Source: Candidatus Pacearchaeota archaeon
GTDB taxonomy: Archaea; Nanobdellota; Nanobdellia; Pacearchaeales; UBA284
Assembly: GCA_038886195.1 (NCBI GenBank)
Contig: JAVZYK010000001.1
Location: forward strand, 163,456-227,455
Reading direction: 5' to 3'
Length of the DNA: 64,000 nt
In this document: in pieces, positions 38,962 to 48,780 of the stretch
How the letters are laid out: the number at the start of each line of letters is the position of its first letter
How positions within the stretch are numbered: the first letter of the stretch is position 1
The notes under the pieces: generated by a model
What the model was told of the DNA's origin: nothing
The model's database searches: none
Seen by the model: the letters and a program-made list of their open reading frames with translations, nothing else
Translations under genes and position numbers: made by a program

Positions 38962-40479
38962 TCACTTTACAACAACTGGCTTTATTCTTTCTGCTATCTT
39001 TTTAGCATAATCTAATTTTTCTTTAGTTTCTGAATAAATTGTAAAAAGCCTTTCGTTTTTCTTAACTGTATCATTAACATGTTTATGTAAATAAATTCCC
39101 GCACTTTTATCTGCTGGCGAACCTGCCAATCTTGCGATTCTTGACATTTTTTTATTGCTAATTTCAACGATTTTACCATCTTTATCTGATTTAATATCTA
39201 CACTTAAATCTGACAATCTCAATTTTTCGTCTATTTTTTCCGGCTTGCCTTTTTGAGCTGCTATAATTTGTTCAAACTTTTTAAGAGCTTCCTTCGATTC
39301 CAATATCTCTTTAACAATACTATCTGCTTTCTCTTTTGGAATTGCCAAAACAAAAGAAAGCAAAGTTGACGCTAGAAATGTTGCTCTTTTTTCTAAATCA
39401 AGAGGCCTGTCAGGTTCTTGCCTTAAGATCTTTATAACATCTCTCATACTAAGAATGGGACCAATTCCGTTGCCTACTGGTTGTGAACCGTCAGTTAAAG
39501 TAACTATTAAATTCAAACCAACTTTAGAAGCAACTTTCTCAAACTTTTCTTTTAATTCTCTGGCTTCTTTAATTGTTGGCACTTTTGAACCTTTTCCAAA
39601 AGATATGTCTATAAGAACGTGAGTTGCTCCTACTGAAAGTTTTTTTGACAGTATGGATGCTATAAGCTGCGCTTCAGGATCTAGTGATAAAATGCGTTCA
39701 ACTTGTATAATTTTATCATCTGCGGGAGCCAAACCTAAAGAACCGCCCCATACAAGACAGGCATTGGTTTTTTTAATTATATTTTTAATTTCGTTTACAT
39801 TAAATTCTACTTCTGCAATTGTTTCAACAACGTCTGCCGTTCCTGCAGCACTCGTTATAGCTCGTGATGATGTTTTTGGAATGACCGCCCTCATTTTAAA
39901 TTTATCTATTGCTGCGGCAATTATGCTTACTACAATGGGAGTAGTTCTATTGCCTTCTACACCTCCTATGCTGTGTTTATCGATTATTATTTCTTTATCG
40001 AGTTTAAGTTGATTACCAGTTTTAACTAGAGCCCTAGTTAAAGAAGCTATTTCATCAATAGTCATACCATGTAAATAAACTGCTGAAACAAAATAAGCTA
40101 CTTCTGCTTCTGTAAGTTCATTATTGACTATGTCTGAAATTATTGAGAATATTTCGGTAAATGTTAAATGGTGGCCATTTAATTTTTTCTTTATATATTC
40201 TACACTTATTGGCTTTAATGCCAAATTTACTTCAACTACCTCTTTATCTTTAAGTTTAAGCGCCTTTATTATTTCTTGTGATAAGGCAATTTCATCTCTA
40301 TTTAGAATTGTTGTTCCTCCAGTAATATCTATAGGGGCGACTATTTCTTGCTTCTTGCCATAACGTTTAATTCTGACTCTTTCTCCGGCACGGACATTTA
40401 ACCATTTAGAAGTATCTTCATGAACTATTGCAATAGGCCTTCCTGCCAATAATCGCAAAGCTTTAACTTTTAAAAGCAT
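38962..40479 (-). CDS. deoA: AMP phosphorylase (thymidine phosphorylase family with N-terminal extension)
   Basis: Glycosyltransferase family 3 core: KHSIGGVEGNRTTPIVVSIIAAA, TSSRAITSAAGTADV. The ~80-aa N-terminal domain and 505-aa length are typical of archaeal AMPpase. Confidence 0.75.
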   Translation of the reverse strand: MLLKVKALRLLAGRPIAIVHEDTSKWLNVRAGERVRIKRYGKKQEIVAPIDITGGTTILNRDEIALSQEIIKALKLKDKEVVEVNLALKPISVEYIKKKLNGHHLTFTEIFSIISDIVNNELTEAEVAYFVSAVYLHGMTIDEIASLTRALVKTGNQLKLDKEIIIDKHSIGGVEGNRTTPIVVSIIAAAIDKFKMRAVIPKTSSRAITSAAGTADVVETIAEVEFNVNEIKNIIKKTNACLVWGGSLGLAPADDKIIQVERILSLDPEAQLIASILSKKLSVGATHVLIDISFGKGSKVPTIKEARELKEKFEKVASKVGLNLIVTLTDGSQPVGNGIGPILSMRDVIKILRQEPDRPLDLEKRATFLASTLLSFVLAIPKEKADSIVKEILESKEALKKFEQIIAAQKGKPEKIDEKLRLSDLSVDIKSDKDGKIVEISNKKMSRIARLAGSPADKSAGIYLHKHVNDTVKKNERLFTIYSETKEKLDYAKKIAERIKPVVVK

Positions 40480-40527
40480 CTTTAATTTACCTCTTTTATT
40501 GTTTCTTTTATCTGTTTTTAATTTTTA

Positions 40528-41565
40528 TTAACTAATTAATTTTATATGTCCTGTTCTATAAAGCTCAATAAACATTAATAAATATTCAAGGATGAGCGGC
40601 CCTATCACAATACCGACTGGACCCATCATAGCCAGTCCTCCTATTATTCCTATTAAAACAATAACTTCGTTTATTTTACCTTTCTTTCCTACAACAAAAG
40701 GTTTTATTATGTTATCGATCCATGAAACCACTAATGCTCCAAAAATAAACATAAGAATTCCATTAGTATAGTTTCCTGTAGCCATCATAAAAACACTTAC
40801 AGGAACCCATACAAATGCTGGGCCTATAAAAGGAATTACTGCAAACAAAATGGCTAAAAGAGTAAAGAATAAAGGTGATGGAGCTCCAAAAATGTAGAAA
40901 CCTATTCCTGCGACGGCTCCTTGTACAATGCCTACTATAACCTGACCATAAATTGTAGCTGAACTTATTTCTTTAGCTCTCTTAATTAACTTTTCATTAA
41001 CCTCGGGACTAAAAGGTAAAATTTCTTTAATGTAATTTATTATTCTAGGACTTTCCTTTAATGAGTAATAGGCTATAAAAAATGTAACGAAAAGTTGCAG
41101 TATTATCGTAGGAGCATTTGTTAGAACTTTGCCTGCAGCATCTGCAAAATTGCTTGCCAAAGTTATTATTGCTTGTTGTATTGTAATAGTTATTTGTCTA
41201 GTTACCTCAGGAGACTCAAATACTTTTGAGAGAAGTCTGTCTATTAATGTGTAAAAATCTATTTTTTGAATTTCCATATAAAGTGTAAAAGCTTCTTTAA
41301 CCGAAATTTGAACTATAAAATAAAGAGCAACAGCAAGCACTATAATTGTTATCAAACATATCAATAATGCATTAATCGAAGGATTTTTTATTATCTTGTT
41401 TGTTTTTTTATAAATAGGCATCAATATGAATGCAAGTACAAAGCCAAACAATATTGCTGTTAAAAAAGGCTTAACTAAAATGAAAGCTATGACAAGTAAT
41501 GCTAAAAGAATTGCTACAGCAACTACTTTTCTTGAAGCCTGGTGATTTGCCGGACTACTAGCCAT
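40528..41565 (-). CDS. AI-2E family (PerM/UPF0118) transporter
   Basis: 8 TM helices with the AI-2E topology pattern. A conserved G-rich C-terminal region, LIGIIGGLAMMGPVGIVIGP. Confidence 0.65.
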   Translation of the reverse strand: MASSPANHQASRKVVAVAILLALLVIAFILVKPFLTAILFGFVLAFILMPIYKKTNKIIKNPSINALLICLITIIVLAVALYFIVQISVKEAFTLYMEIQKIDFYTLIDRLLSKVFESPEVTRQITITIQQAIITLASNFADAAGKVLTNAPTIILQLFVTFFIAYYSLKESPRIINYIKEILPFSPEVNEKLIKRAKEISSATIYGQVIVGIVQGAVAGIGFYIFGAPSPLFFTLLAILFAVIPFIGPAFVWVPVSVFMMATGNYTNGILMFIFGALVVSWIDNIIKPFVVGKKGKINEVIVLIGIIGGLAMMGPVGIVIGPLILEYLLMFIELYRTGHIKLIS

Positions 41566-41674
41566 TTTTTAATCAAAGTTTTCATTATAAATAGTTCTTA
41601 AACTTTTATAAACCTTTTTAAAGTTATAGAGATTAAAAATTAATATAAAGAAACGAAAAGTAAAATATCAAAAA

Positions 41675-42574
41675 ATGAGAAGGCCTGTTGTATCGGGCGA
41701 ATTTTATTTAAGTGACAAGAGCGGCTTAAATAAACAAATAGAGGCTTGTTTTTTTAATAAATTCGGCCCGGGTTCGCTTCCTAGAGCGTTTGATTTAAAA
41801 CAAAAAAAGATTGCTCTAATAGTTCCTCATGCAGGCTACCAATATTCAGGACCTTGTGCTGCTCATGGTTATAAAGCATTGATGGAAGTAACCAAAAAAG
41901 ATCTAGCTGAAACTTTTATTTTAATTGGACCAAATCATAGTGGTTATGGAAAGGTGCCTTTTGCTTTGTCCTTTGAAAATTTTGAAACTCCTTTGGGACT
42001 CATAAAAAATGATATTGAGCTAGGAGAAAAAATAGTTGAAGAGGCCAGCTATCTAGGATTGCAGAAAGATGAACAAGCCCATAAATTTGAACATAGTATT
42101 GAAGTGCAATTGCCTTTTTTGCAATTTTGTTACAATTTATTGAAAAAAGATTTTAAAATAGTTCCTTTAGTTGTGGGAACCGGAGATTATGAAAAATGTT
42201 TAAAAGCCGCAAGCGCCATAGTAAAGGTTTTGCGCGATATTAAAAAACAAGATAAAGTTTGTGTTATTGCTTCTAGCGATTTTACACATTATGGCTTAAA
42301 TTATGGATTTATTCCTTTTACTGAAAATATTAAACAAAATCTATATGAGTGGGATAAAAAATCTATAAACTATATTTTAAAACTCGATAGCAAAGGATTT
42401 TATCAAGAAGCTATAAAAACAACAATTTGTGGAATTGCCCCAATTGTTATGACAATAGAAATTGCTAAAGCAATTGGAGCTAGAAAAGCTTCATTGTTAA
42501 AATACTATACTAGTGGCGATGTTGTTAATGATTATAAAAATGCGGTAGGATACGCAAGCATTGCTATTGAATAA
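41675..42574 (+). CDS. MEMO1-family (AmmeMemoRadiSam system protein B-like) protein
   Basis: IVPHAGYQYSGPCAAHGYKAL and a downstream HS..VQLPF match Memo-like dioxygenase-fold signatures. Confidence 0.75.
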   Translation: MRRPVVSGEFYLSDKSGLNKQIEACFFNKFGPGSLPRAFDLKQKKIALIVPHAGYQYSGPCAAHGYKALMEVTKKDLAETFILIGPNHSGYGKVPFALSFENFETPLGLIKNDIELGEKIVEEASYLGLQKDEQAHKFEHSIEVQLPFLQFCYNLLKKDFKIVPLVVGTGDYEKCLKAASAIVKVLRDIKKQDKVCVIASSDFTHYGLNYGFIPFTENIKQNLYEWDKKSINYILKLDSKGFYQEAIKTTICGIAPIVMTIEIAKAIGARKASLLKYYTSGDVVNDYKNAVGYASIAIE

Positions 42575-42617
42575 ATGAAATAAAAATATACAAAAAATTA
42601 GAAATGAAGATAAGAGA

Positions 42618-43133
42618 ATGGAAAAGAAAGATAAAAAGAAAAGATTTGAAGATTTTTTTGAAAGGATAGAAAAAAAACTTGAAGAGGGAAAAGAAATAAA
42701 AAAAGGGAAAAAAGTAGAATATACTCCTTTAAAGGCTTTAAAAGAAATTACCTATAAACTGAAGAAAAGGAAAAGCATCATTAATGATTATGAGTATATA
42801 GAAGATAGAGGGAAATTAAAACTGATTGTTAGAGAATATATGAAGGGAGGGAGAAAATGGTATGAAGGACCTTACAAAGAAGAAGTTTATTCTTTGAAAG
42901 CCGAAAAGAACCCTCTCGCTCTTAAAGAGCTTGCCGTATTATTTTATGCATTTTTTGAAGCATTAAAGAAGAAAGAAAAAGGATATATCGAAGGATGGGA
43001 TGATGAAGGTAACAAAATGGGCACAAAACACTATGTTGAAAATTTGAAGAAATATGAAAAGAAACTTCTAGATAAATACGAAAAAGAAATGGAGGAGAAA
43101 GAAAAAATAAAGAAAAAAGAGATAGAAAAATAA
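42618..43133 (+). CDS. Hypothetical K/E-rich protein
   Basis: 171 aa, highly charged. Confidence 0.35.
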   Translation: MEKKDKKKRFEDFFERIEKKLEEGKEIKKGKKVEYTPLKALKEITYKLKKRKSIINDYEYIEDRGKLKLIVREYMKGGRKWYEGPYKEEVYSLKAEKNPLALKELAVLFYAFFEALKKKEKGYIEGWDDEGNKMGTKHYVENLKKYEKKLLDKYEKEMEEKEKIKKKEIEK

Positions 43134-43154
43134 ATGGCTTTAAGGAATATTTAA

Positions 43155-43484
43155 TTATTTCTTTGAAGTTTTCGTTGATAAATAAAGTTCTTCAATCAAT
43201 TCATAGATGTTCTCTAGATTTCTTCTATAAACATAGAGCAATTCTGGCCAGAAGTATTGAGAAAATTCTTGAGTTTTATAAAAACTCCATTCTTTTCTCA
43301 AATCTTTGTCCTTCGAAACATAATTTTCAACTGCTTTTATAGCTTTTTTATCAGGCACTTTTGGGATCAAATATGTAAAAAGTTCTTTAGTAGAATTTAT
43401 ATATTGCAATTTTTTTAAGCTCTCTATAGTTGCTCTAACCCTGTCCTCTAATTTTTTATCTTTCATTTTTCTTTTATCATTCAT
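43155..43484 (-). CDS. Hypothetical protein
   Basis: 109-aa ORF. Confidence 0.35.
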   Translation of the reverse strand: MNDKRKMKDKKLEDRVRATIESLKKLQYINSTKELFTYLIPKVPDKKAIKAVENYVSKDKDLRKEWSFYKTQEFSQYFWPELLYVYRRNLENIYELIEELYLSTKTSKK

Positions 43485-43626
43485 AGTTTTTTAAACAAAT
43501 GACTATTTAAAAAGTTTTTTAATATCTTCTAATTATTTATTACTATATTGTGGTTACAAAACGAAAGATTTATAAAGTTAATTTTCTGTTGAAATTACAC
43601 AAAAATAAAGGAGGAAAAGAATAAAA

Positions 43627-43938
43627 ATGAATAACGAAAAATTGGCCGATATAATAGTAAAAGCTTTAGGAATTGGGGCTTTAGTAGGTATCGGAGCAAT
43701 AGTATGGAAATTTGGATTAAATCCTGCTATTAAAGATGAACGAGATTTGAAAAGGATTATGAATCCCGAATCTACTATTACTTATAACGGTACAATATGG
43801 AGCTCTTGGAAAAAATATGGAAAACCATATGGAGTAAAGTGGGATATCTGGATGAAAGGAATTGTAGATTATAATAAAATAAGAAACCCCGATTTCCCTG
43901 GAACATATAAAGTTCCTATTTTAGAAAAAAATGATTGA
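43627..43938 (+). CDS. Hypothetical protein with N-terminal TM helix
   Basis: 103 aa. ALGIGALVGIGAIVW anchor. Confidence 0.35.
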   Translation: MNNEKLADIIVKALGIGALVGIGAIVWKFGLNPAIKDERDLKRIMNPESTITYNGTIWSSWKKYGKPYGVKWDIWMKGIVDYNKIRNPDFPGTYKVPILEKND

Positions 43939-44110
43939 AGAAGAAATAAAGAAAAGCTATAGAAGATTAGTAGAAGAATGTATAGAAAAGGAAGCTTTTT
44001 TCAAGGATAGGAAAACTGATCGTTGCATGTTAGCCGAGAAAGTAAATGACATTTATCTTATTCAATGCCCGTATTTGCTAAAGTGTAATTGCCATTATAA
44101 AAAAAATTAA
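43931..44110 (+). CDS. Possible small Cys-containing protein (59 aa), not in the ORF track
   Basis: ATG overlaps the upstream stop (ATGATTGA). MIEEEIKKSYRRLVEECIEKEAF...CPYLLKCNCHYKKN ends 40 nt before infB. Confidence 0.25.
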   Translation: MIEEEIKKSYRRLVEECIEKEAFFKDRKTDRCMLAEKVNDIYLIQCPYLLKCNCHYKKN

Positions 44111-44149
44111 AGAACAAAAGTTTAAAAGTTTCTTTTTCTTTTTGTTTTT

Positions 44150-45895
44150 ATGGCAATAATAAGACAACCCATCGTTACTGTAGCAGGTCATGTTGATCAT
44201 GGCAAGACAACAATTCTTGATTCAATTAGAGGTACTTGCATAGCAGCAAAAGAACCTGGTTTGATAACGCAAAAAATTAGTTTTACTTTTGTACCTAGCG
44301 AAATTATTGAAGAAAGATGTTCTAAATTGCTTAAAAAATTCAATATCAGGCTTGAAATTCCTGGCTTTTTATTTATCGATACGCCAGGACATGCGGCTTT
44401 TTCAAATTTAAGAAAAAGAGGTGGTGCTTTAGCAGATTTAGCTATAGTTGTCATCGATATAAATGAAGGAATAATGGAACAAACTCGTGAAAGCATAGAA
44501 GTTTTGAGAGCAGGAAAAGTTCCTTTTATTGTGGCTTTAAATAAAATTGACAATATTACGGGATGGACAAAAAGAAGCGAAAATTTACAAGAAAATATAG
44601 AAAAACAAGCGCAATTTACAAAAGAAGAATTTGATAAGAAACTTTATAAAATAATTAATGATTTTACAACTTTGGGTTTTGATTCTGATTTATTTTATAG
44701 AATTAGCAATTTTACAAAACAATTGGCCTTAGTTCCCTGTTCTGGCAAAACATGTGAAGGTCTGCCCGAGCTCATTGTTATGTTGGCTGGCTTAGCTCAG
44801 AGATTTTTGAAAGGTAAACTGACTTTGGGTGAAGAAGGCAAAGGTACAATTCTTGAGATAAAGAAAGAAAAAGGTTTCATTACAATTGAAGCAATTCTCT
44901 ATGATGGAGAACTTAATAAAAAAGATAGTTTAGTTATAGCTACTTTAGAAAAACCAATCGAGACAAAAATCAGGGCGCTTTTTGAAGCGCTACCTTTAGG
45001 TAAGGGTTTTAGGCCTTGTGATAAAGTTGTCGCCGCTTCAGGCATTAGACTTTATCTTCCAGAAACTACAGAAATAGTTCCTGGCATGCCTTTTGTTGTT
45101 ATTAATGAAAAAAACATAAAAAATATTGAAAATATAAAGAGCGCGTTACAAAAAGAAGTCCAACAGCAATTAAAACTGGATAAAGAAGGAATAATTGCTA
45201 AAGCGGAATCTCTTGGCTCTTTGGAGGCTTTGTTATTTTTGCTTAGAAAAGAAGGAATAGAAGTTAGCAAAGCAGAAATTGGAAATATAAAAAGACAAGA
45301 TATTGCTTTGGCTGTTGCAAATTTAGAAACTCAGCCTTTAAATGCCGTTATTGTTGGTTTTAATGTTGATATTGAAACTGGTACGCCTCTTGATGAACGC
45401 ATTAAGATAATTAAAAGCGACGTTGTTTATCATATTATCGAGCAACTTGGGAAATGGCGTCAAGAGAAGGCCTTGGAAATTGTAAGAGAAAAACTTGAAA
45501 GATTGAATTGGCCTTGTAAAATTAAAATTTTAAGAAACTGTTGTTTTAGACAAAGCAAACCAGCAATTTTTGGCATAAGAGTTGAGGCTGGAATTTTAAA
45601 ACCAGGAGTTCAATTAATTAATGAAGAAGGTAAAGAAATTGATAAAATAAAAAGTATGCAATCTGAAGGTAAGGGGGTTGAGAAAGCAATGGCTGGCCAA
45701 GAACTTGCAATATCTTTACCCAATATAACCTTTGGTAGACAAATTAGGGAGGATGAAATACTTTACGTAAACTTGAGCGAAGAAGAATTTAAAAAGTGGA
45801 AAGAGAATAAAAAATACTTAAGTGCCAGCGAAATTAAAGTCTTACAAGAGATCGCTGAGATTAAAAGAAAAACTAAGGCAACATGGGGAATTTAA
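44150..45895 (+). CDS. infB: Translation initiation factor aIF5B (IF2 homologue)
   Basis: G domain, IVTVAGHVDHGKTTILDSIRGT...DTPGHAAF...NKID, followed by the beta-barrel domains. 581 aa. Confidence 0.85.
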   Translation: MAIIRQPIVTVAGHVDHGKTTILDSIRGTCIAAKEPGLITQKISFTFVPSEIIEERCSKLLKKFNIRLEIPGFLFIDTPGHAAFSNLRKRGGALADLAIVVIDINEGIMEQTRESIEVLRAGKVPFIVALNKIDNITGWTKRSENLQENIEKQAQFTKEEFDKKLYKIINDFTTLGFDSDLFYRISNFTKQLALVPCSGKTCEGLPELIVMLAGLAQRFLKGKLTLGEEGKGTILEIKKEKGFITIEAILYDGELNKKDSLVIATLEKPIETKIRALFEALPLGKGFRPCDKVVAASGIRLYLPETTEIVPGMPFVVINEKNIKNIENIKSALQKEVQQQLKLDKEGIIAKAESLGSLEALLFLLRKEGIEVSKAEIGNIKRQDIALAVANLETQPLNAVIVGFNVDIETGTPLDERIKIIKSDVVYHIIEQLGKWRQEKALEIVREKLERLNWPCKIKILRNCCFRQSKPAIFGIRVEAGILKPGVQLINEEGKEIDKIKSMQSEGKGVEKAMAGQELAISLPNITFGRQIREDEILYVNLSEEEFKKWKENKKYLSASEIKVLQEIAEIKRKTKATWGI

Positions 45896-45934
45896 TTCCT
45901 AAAGATTTTTAAATATCCAAAAATAAAGATTATC

Positions 45935-46408
45935 ATGCCATTCAAACTGGATATAGGCGATCCTAAATCAAAACGTACGGTTCACTTAGAGACTAATAGC
46001 GACGCATTTATTGGCAAAAAGATCGGGGAAAAAATTAGCGGCTCTGTGATTAAAGAAATTCCTGATTTTAAAGATTATGAGTTTATTATTACTGGCGCTA
46101 CTGATAAAGCCGGATTTCCTGCTCTAAGCATTGTGGAAGGAACAGGAAGGAAAAGAGTTTTGTTAAAAAGAGGCCCTGGAATGAGAACAAAAAGACCGAA
46201 AGGATTAAGATTGAGAAAATTAATTAGAGGAAATATTATCGCCGAAGATATAGCACAAATCAACTTGAAAGTTTCAAAGCACGGCGCAAAAGGCTTTGAT
46301 GAAATTTTTGGTAAGAAAGAAAAAGCTGAAGCTAAAGAAGAAAGCAAAGAAATCGAAAAGCCAACGGAAGAAAGGAAAGAAGAGAAGGTTGAGGAAAAAA
46401 AGGAATAA
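45935..46408 (+). CDS. rps6e: 30S ribosomal protein S6e
   Basis: GDPKSKRT...YEFIITGATDKAGFP...RKRVLLKRGPG...LRLRKLIRGN matches S6e. Acidic/K-rich tail. Confidence 0.85.
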   Translation: MPFKLDIGDPKSKRTVHLETNSDAFIGKKIGEKISGSVIKEIPDFKDYEFIITGATDKAGFPALSIVEGTGRKRVLLKRGPGMRTKRPKGLRLRKLIRGNIIAEDIAQINLKVSKHGAKGFDEIFGKKEKAEAKEESKEIEKPTEERKEEKVEEKKE

Positions 46409-46557
46409 GTTGACTATTTCTCAATTAAAATTTTTGATCAAATTTTTATCCCTTAACCCTAAATAAGATTTTAAATATAGTAAAAGAAGATGGGGTTTGT
46501 TAAATTTGTTGTCACTTTAAAGGAAAAATTTAAATACCTTTAAGCCCGTGTTTTTCT

Positions 46558-46830
46558 ATGGCAAAAACAATTGACAAAACGGTTTATGAAATAATCGGAT
46601 ATGCCAAAAAATATTTGGAGAAGAGCAAGGATGATAAGTGTTATATTCAGCCAGAAGAATTTCTTTTGATTTTACAAAAAGCCCTGAATGATGGTATTGG
46701 ACCTGGATATGAAGCAGTCAGATTAAATAAACTTCAAGATAGAATGAGTAACTATGTTCATGAGATTCTCTACAAAGGAATTAATTTTATTACAGCCACG
46801 CCTAAGAGGATTAAAGTTGATTACGAATAA
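46558..46830 (+). CDS. Hypothetical protein
   Basis: 90-aa ORF. Confidence 0.35.
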   Translation: MAKTIDKTVYEIIGYAKKYLEKSKDDKCYIQPEEFLLILQKALNDGIGPGYEAVRLNKLQDRMSNYVHEILYKGINFITATPKRIKVDYE

Positions 46831-46831
46831 G

Positions 46832-47206
46832 ATGTCACTCGCGACTATTATTTCGAGTTTGGCATTGATTGCTCAGGCAAATCAACCGACAGTTTATGAG
46901 CTGCCAGTGCCAAAAGGCAAGTTATGGGATATAAGCAGAGAATACGGGGTAAAGGAACAAGTAATTTCGCTGGACGCTGATTCCACACAAGATATAATCT
47001 ACAGAAGAATCAGCGATGAAGGAGAAGCTACTATAATTGATTTCGGAAAAGATGGAAAGGTTGATTATGTTATAATAGTAGACGGAAAAAAGAACGAAAT
47101 TAGGATATACAACCCAAAGAACAAAAAAGACGAGTCGGGCATCAGCGCAGCTGAAAAACGGTTGAAAGAGACCATGGATTTTCTGTTGGGATACCAAAAA
47201 AGATAA
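46832..47206 (+). CDS. Small secreted hypothetical protein
   Basis: Track ORF 46754..47206 trimmed to the in-frame Met at 46832, which opens a signal peptide (MSLATIISSLALIAQANQP). This removes the 77-nt overlap with the upstream ORF. Confidence 0.4.
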   Translation: MSLATIISSLALIAQANQPTVYELPVPKGKLWDISREYGVKEQVISLDADSTQDIIYRRISDEGEATIIDFGKDGKVDYVIIVDGKKNEIRIYNPKNKKDESGISAAEKRLKETMDFLLGYQKR

Positions 47207-47531
47207 AATGGCAGAGGAAAAAGGAACAGACAGGAAAAGAGAAAAAGGAAAGTATAGAATTAATTGCGCTAAAGAGCGTTGCGATTATCTTGGATTTAGA
47301 TACATTTGTCTTAGCCTTGAAGAATAGTGGCAAACTTGTTTTTAAGAATCAATATCAAAAACACGAGAATGGCCCTTATTTCCATGCGTTAAAGTATAAA
47401 AGTGATTGGTACATAACCAAAACAGATAACTATATCAAAGATTTTTTTGTTTGATAAGAAATATTTAAAAGTTACTTGGCCTTGTTCTATTATAGTAACT
47501 ACTTTAAAATAGAAAATTTTTTAAATGCTTC

Positions 47532-48083
47532 TTGCTTGTTCAAATAATGGTTTCTAAAAAATTAAAACAAAATTTTTTTAGAAGAAAGGCTGAAGATGTT
47601 GCTAGAGAGCTAATAGGTAGGAAGCTTGTCAGAAATTTAGAGGAAAAAATTTTATCAGGGATTATTATAGAAACAGAAGTACACTCAAGAGAACAGAAAA
47701 GGACTCCTAAAACAGAAGGAGCTTTTGCTGATGCGGGGATAATACATATGTACCCTTCACAAGGCAAGTTAATCTTGGCTATTGCAACTGGTGACTTTAA
47801 TGAATACTCTGAAATCTCAATAAGAGCTTTAAAACCCTTAGAGGGCATAGAAAGAATGATAAAAAATCGAGGGACTAGAGATTACACTACTCTAACTAAT
47901 GGGCCTGGCAAACTAACGCAAGCATTGCAGATAACTAAAGATTTCAATGGAAAAGCCATCTATGATAGTCACGAGTTATGGATAGAGGGCGAATCTGCGA
48001 ACAACTCCCAAATTGTTTATAGTAAGCAAGGCAACTCAAAAGACTCAGGAGGAGTGTTCAAACTTAAGGATAATACGGAATAG
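47532..48083 (+). CDS. DNA-3-methyladenine glycosylase (MPG/AAG family)
   Basis: FFRRKAEDVARELIGRKLV...LSGIIIETEVH...DAG..HMY...GK...IRALKPLEGIERM...LTNGPGKLTQALQI matches MPG-family conserved blocks. Confidence 0.8.
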   Translation: MLVQIMVSKKLKQNFFRRKAEDVARELIGRKLVRNLEEKILSGIIIETEVHSREQKRTPKTEGAFADAGIIHMYPSQGKLILAIATGDFNEYSEISIRALKPLEGIERMIKNRGTRDYTTLTNGPGKLTQALQITKDFNGKAIYDSHELWIEGESANNSQIVYSKQGNSKDSGGVFKLKDNTE

Positions 48084-48151
48084 AAGGATATAGACCTTTT
48101 TAAGATATTCAAGAATTAAATTGAATTTGGCACTTTCAGCGTTTATGAAAA

Positions 48152-48592
48152 ATGTCAGAAAATTTAGAAGAAAAAATTGATGAAAGAAAACATGGAATAA
48201 AATGGCAAACAAAAGAAGAATGGCAACGATATGGCTTAGAACATGGTTATGATAAAAGAAATCCTTCGAGTTTAGTAAAAAGCGAGAATAAAGAAGAGAG
48301 AAGTTGGATAAGTAAAGGCAAGCGGGAAGGTTGGTATAAAGAGTTTAAGTTTGAAAGAAAACATGGAATAAAATGGCAAACAAAAGAAGAATGGCAACGA
48401 TATGGCTTAGAACATGGTTATGATAAAAGAAATCTTTCGAGTTTAGTAAAAAGCGAGAATAAAGAAGAGAGAAGTTGGATAAATAAAGGCATGCAGGAAG
48501 GTTGGTATAAAGAGTTTAAGTTTGAAAGAAAACGTGAAAGAAATAAAGATGCTCATTTAATTGAAATTCTTAAAATATATGTTAAGAAATAA
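48152..48592 (+). CDS. Hypothetical protein built from two 57-aa tandem repeats
   Basis: KHGIKWQTKEEWQRYGLEHGYDKRN.SSLVKSENKEERSWI.KG..EGWYKEFKFERK occurs twice. Confidence 0.45.
   Translation: MSENLEEKIDERKHGIKWQTKEEWQRYGLEHGYDKRNPSSLVKSENKEERSWISKGKREGWYKEFKFERKHGIKWQTKEEWQRYGLEHGYDKRNLSSLVKSENKEERSWINKGMQEGWYKEFKFERKRERNKDAHLIEILKIYVKK
48182..48523 (+). repeat. 171-bp in-frame tandem duplication, two copies about 97.7% identical
   Basis: Copy 1 is 48182..48352 and copy 2 is 48353..48523. I count four nucleotide differences between the copies. Confidence 0.85.
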
Positions 48593-48780
48593 GAAAAAGA
48601 TAAGTGTCCGCTTTTAATGTTCATTCGATAAATTAAGTTAGTCATTTTTCCTTCAATTATTTTACGCTTTCTTGCTTTTTCAATGAAAGCTTGATAAGGT
48701 GTTCTTAATTTTCCATTTGTCAGGCTTACAAAAACGATAAGAAGGTAAAAGTTTTAAAAGAGGACCAACTATTCTTTATT

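Noticed and set aside
47207-47531. 325-nt gap without a credible ORF; considered an ncRNA locus (RNase P RNA or SRP RNA)
   Set aside because: No conserved RNase P (AGGAAAGUCC) or SRP domain IV motifs are present, and the region is very AT-rich. It was left unannotated.
48593-48780. Minus-strand reading frame ...TNGKLRTPYQAFIEKARKRKIIEGKMTNLIYRMNIKSGHLS considered as a possible gene fragment
   Set aside because: No ATG-initiated ORF longer than 30 aa and no recognisable family. It may be promoter sequence for eif2g.
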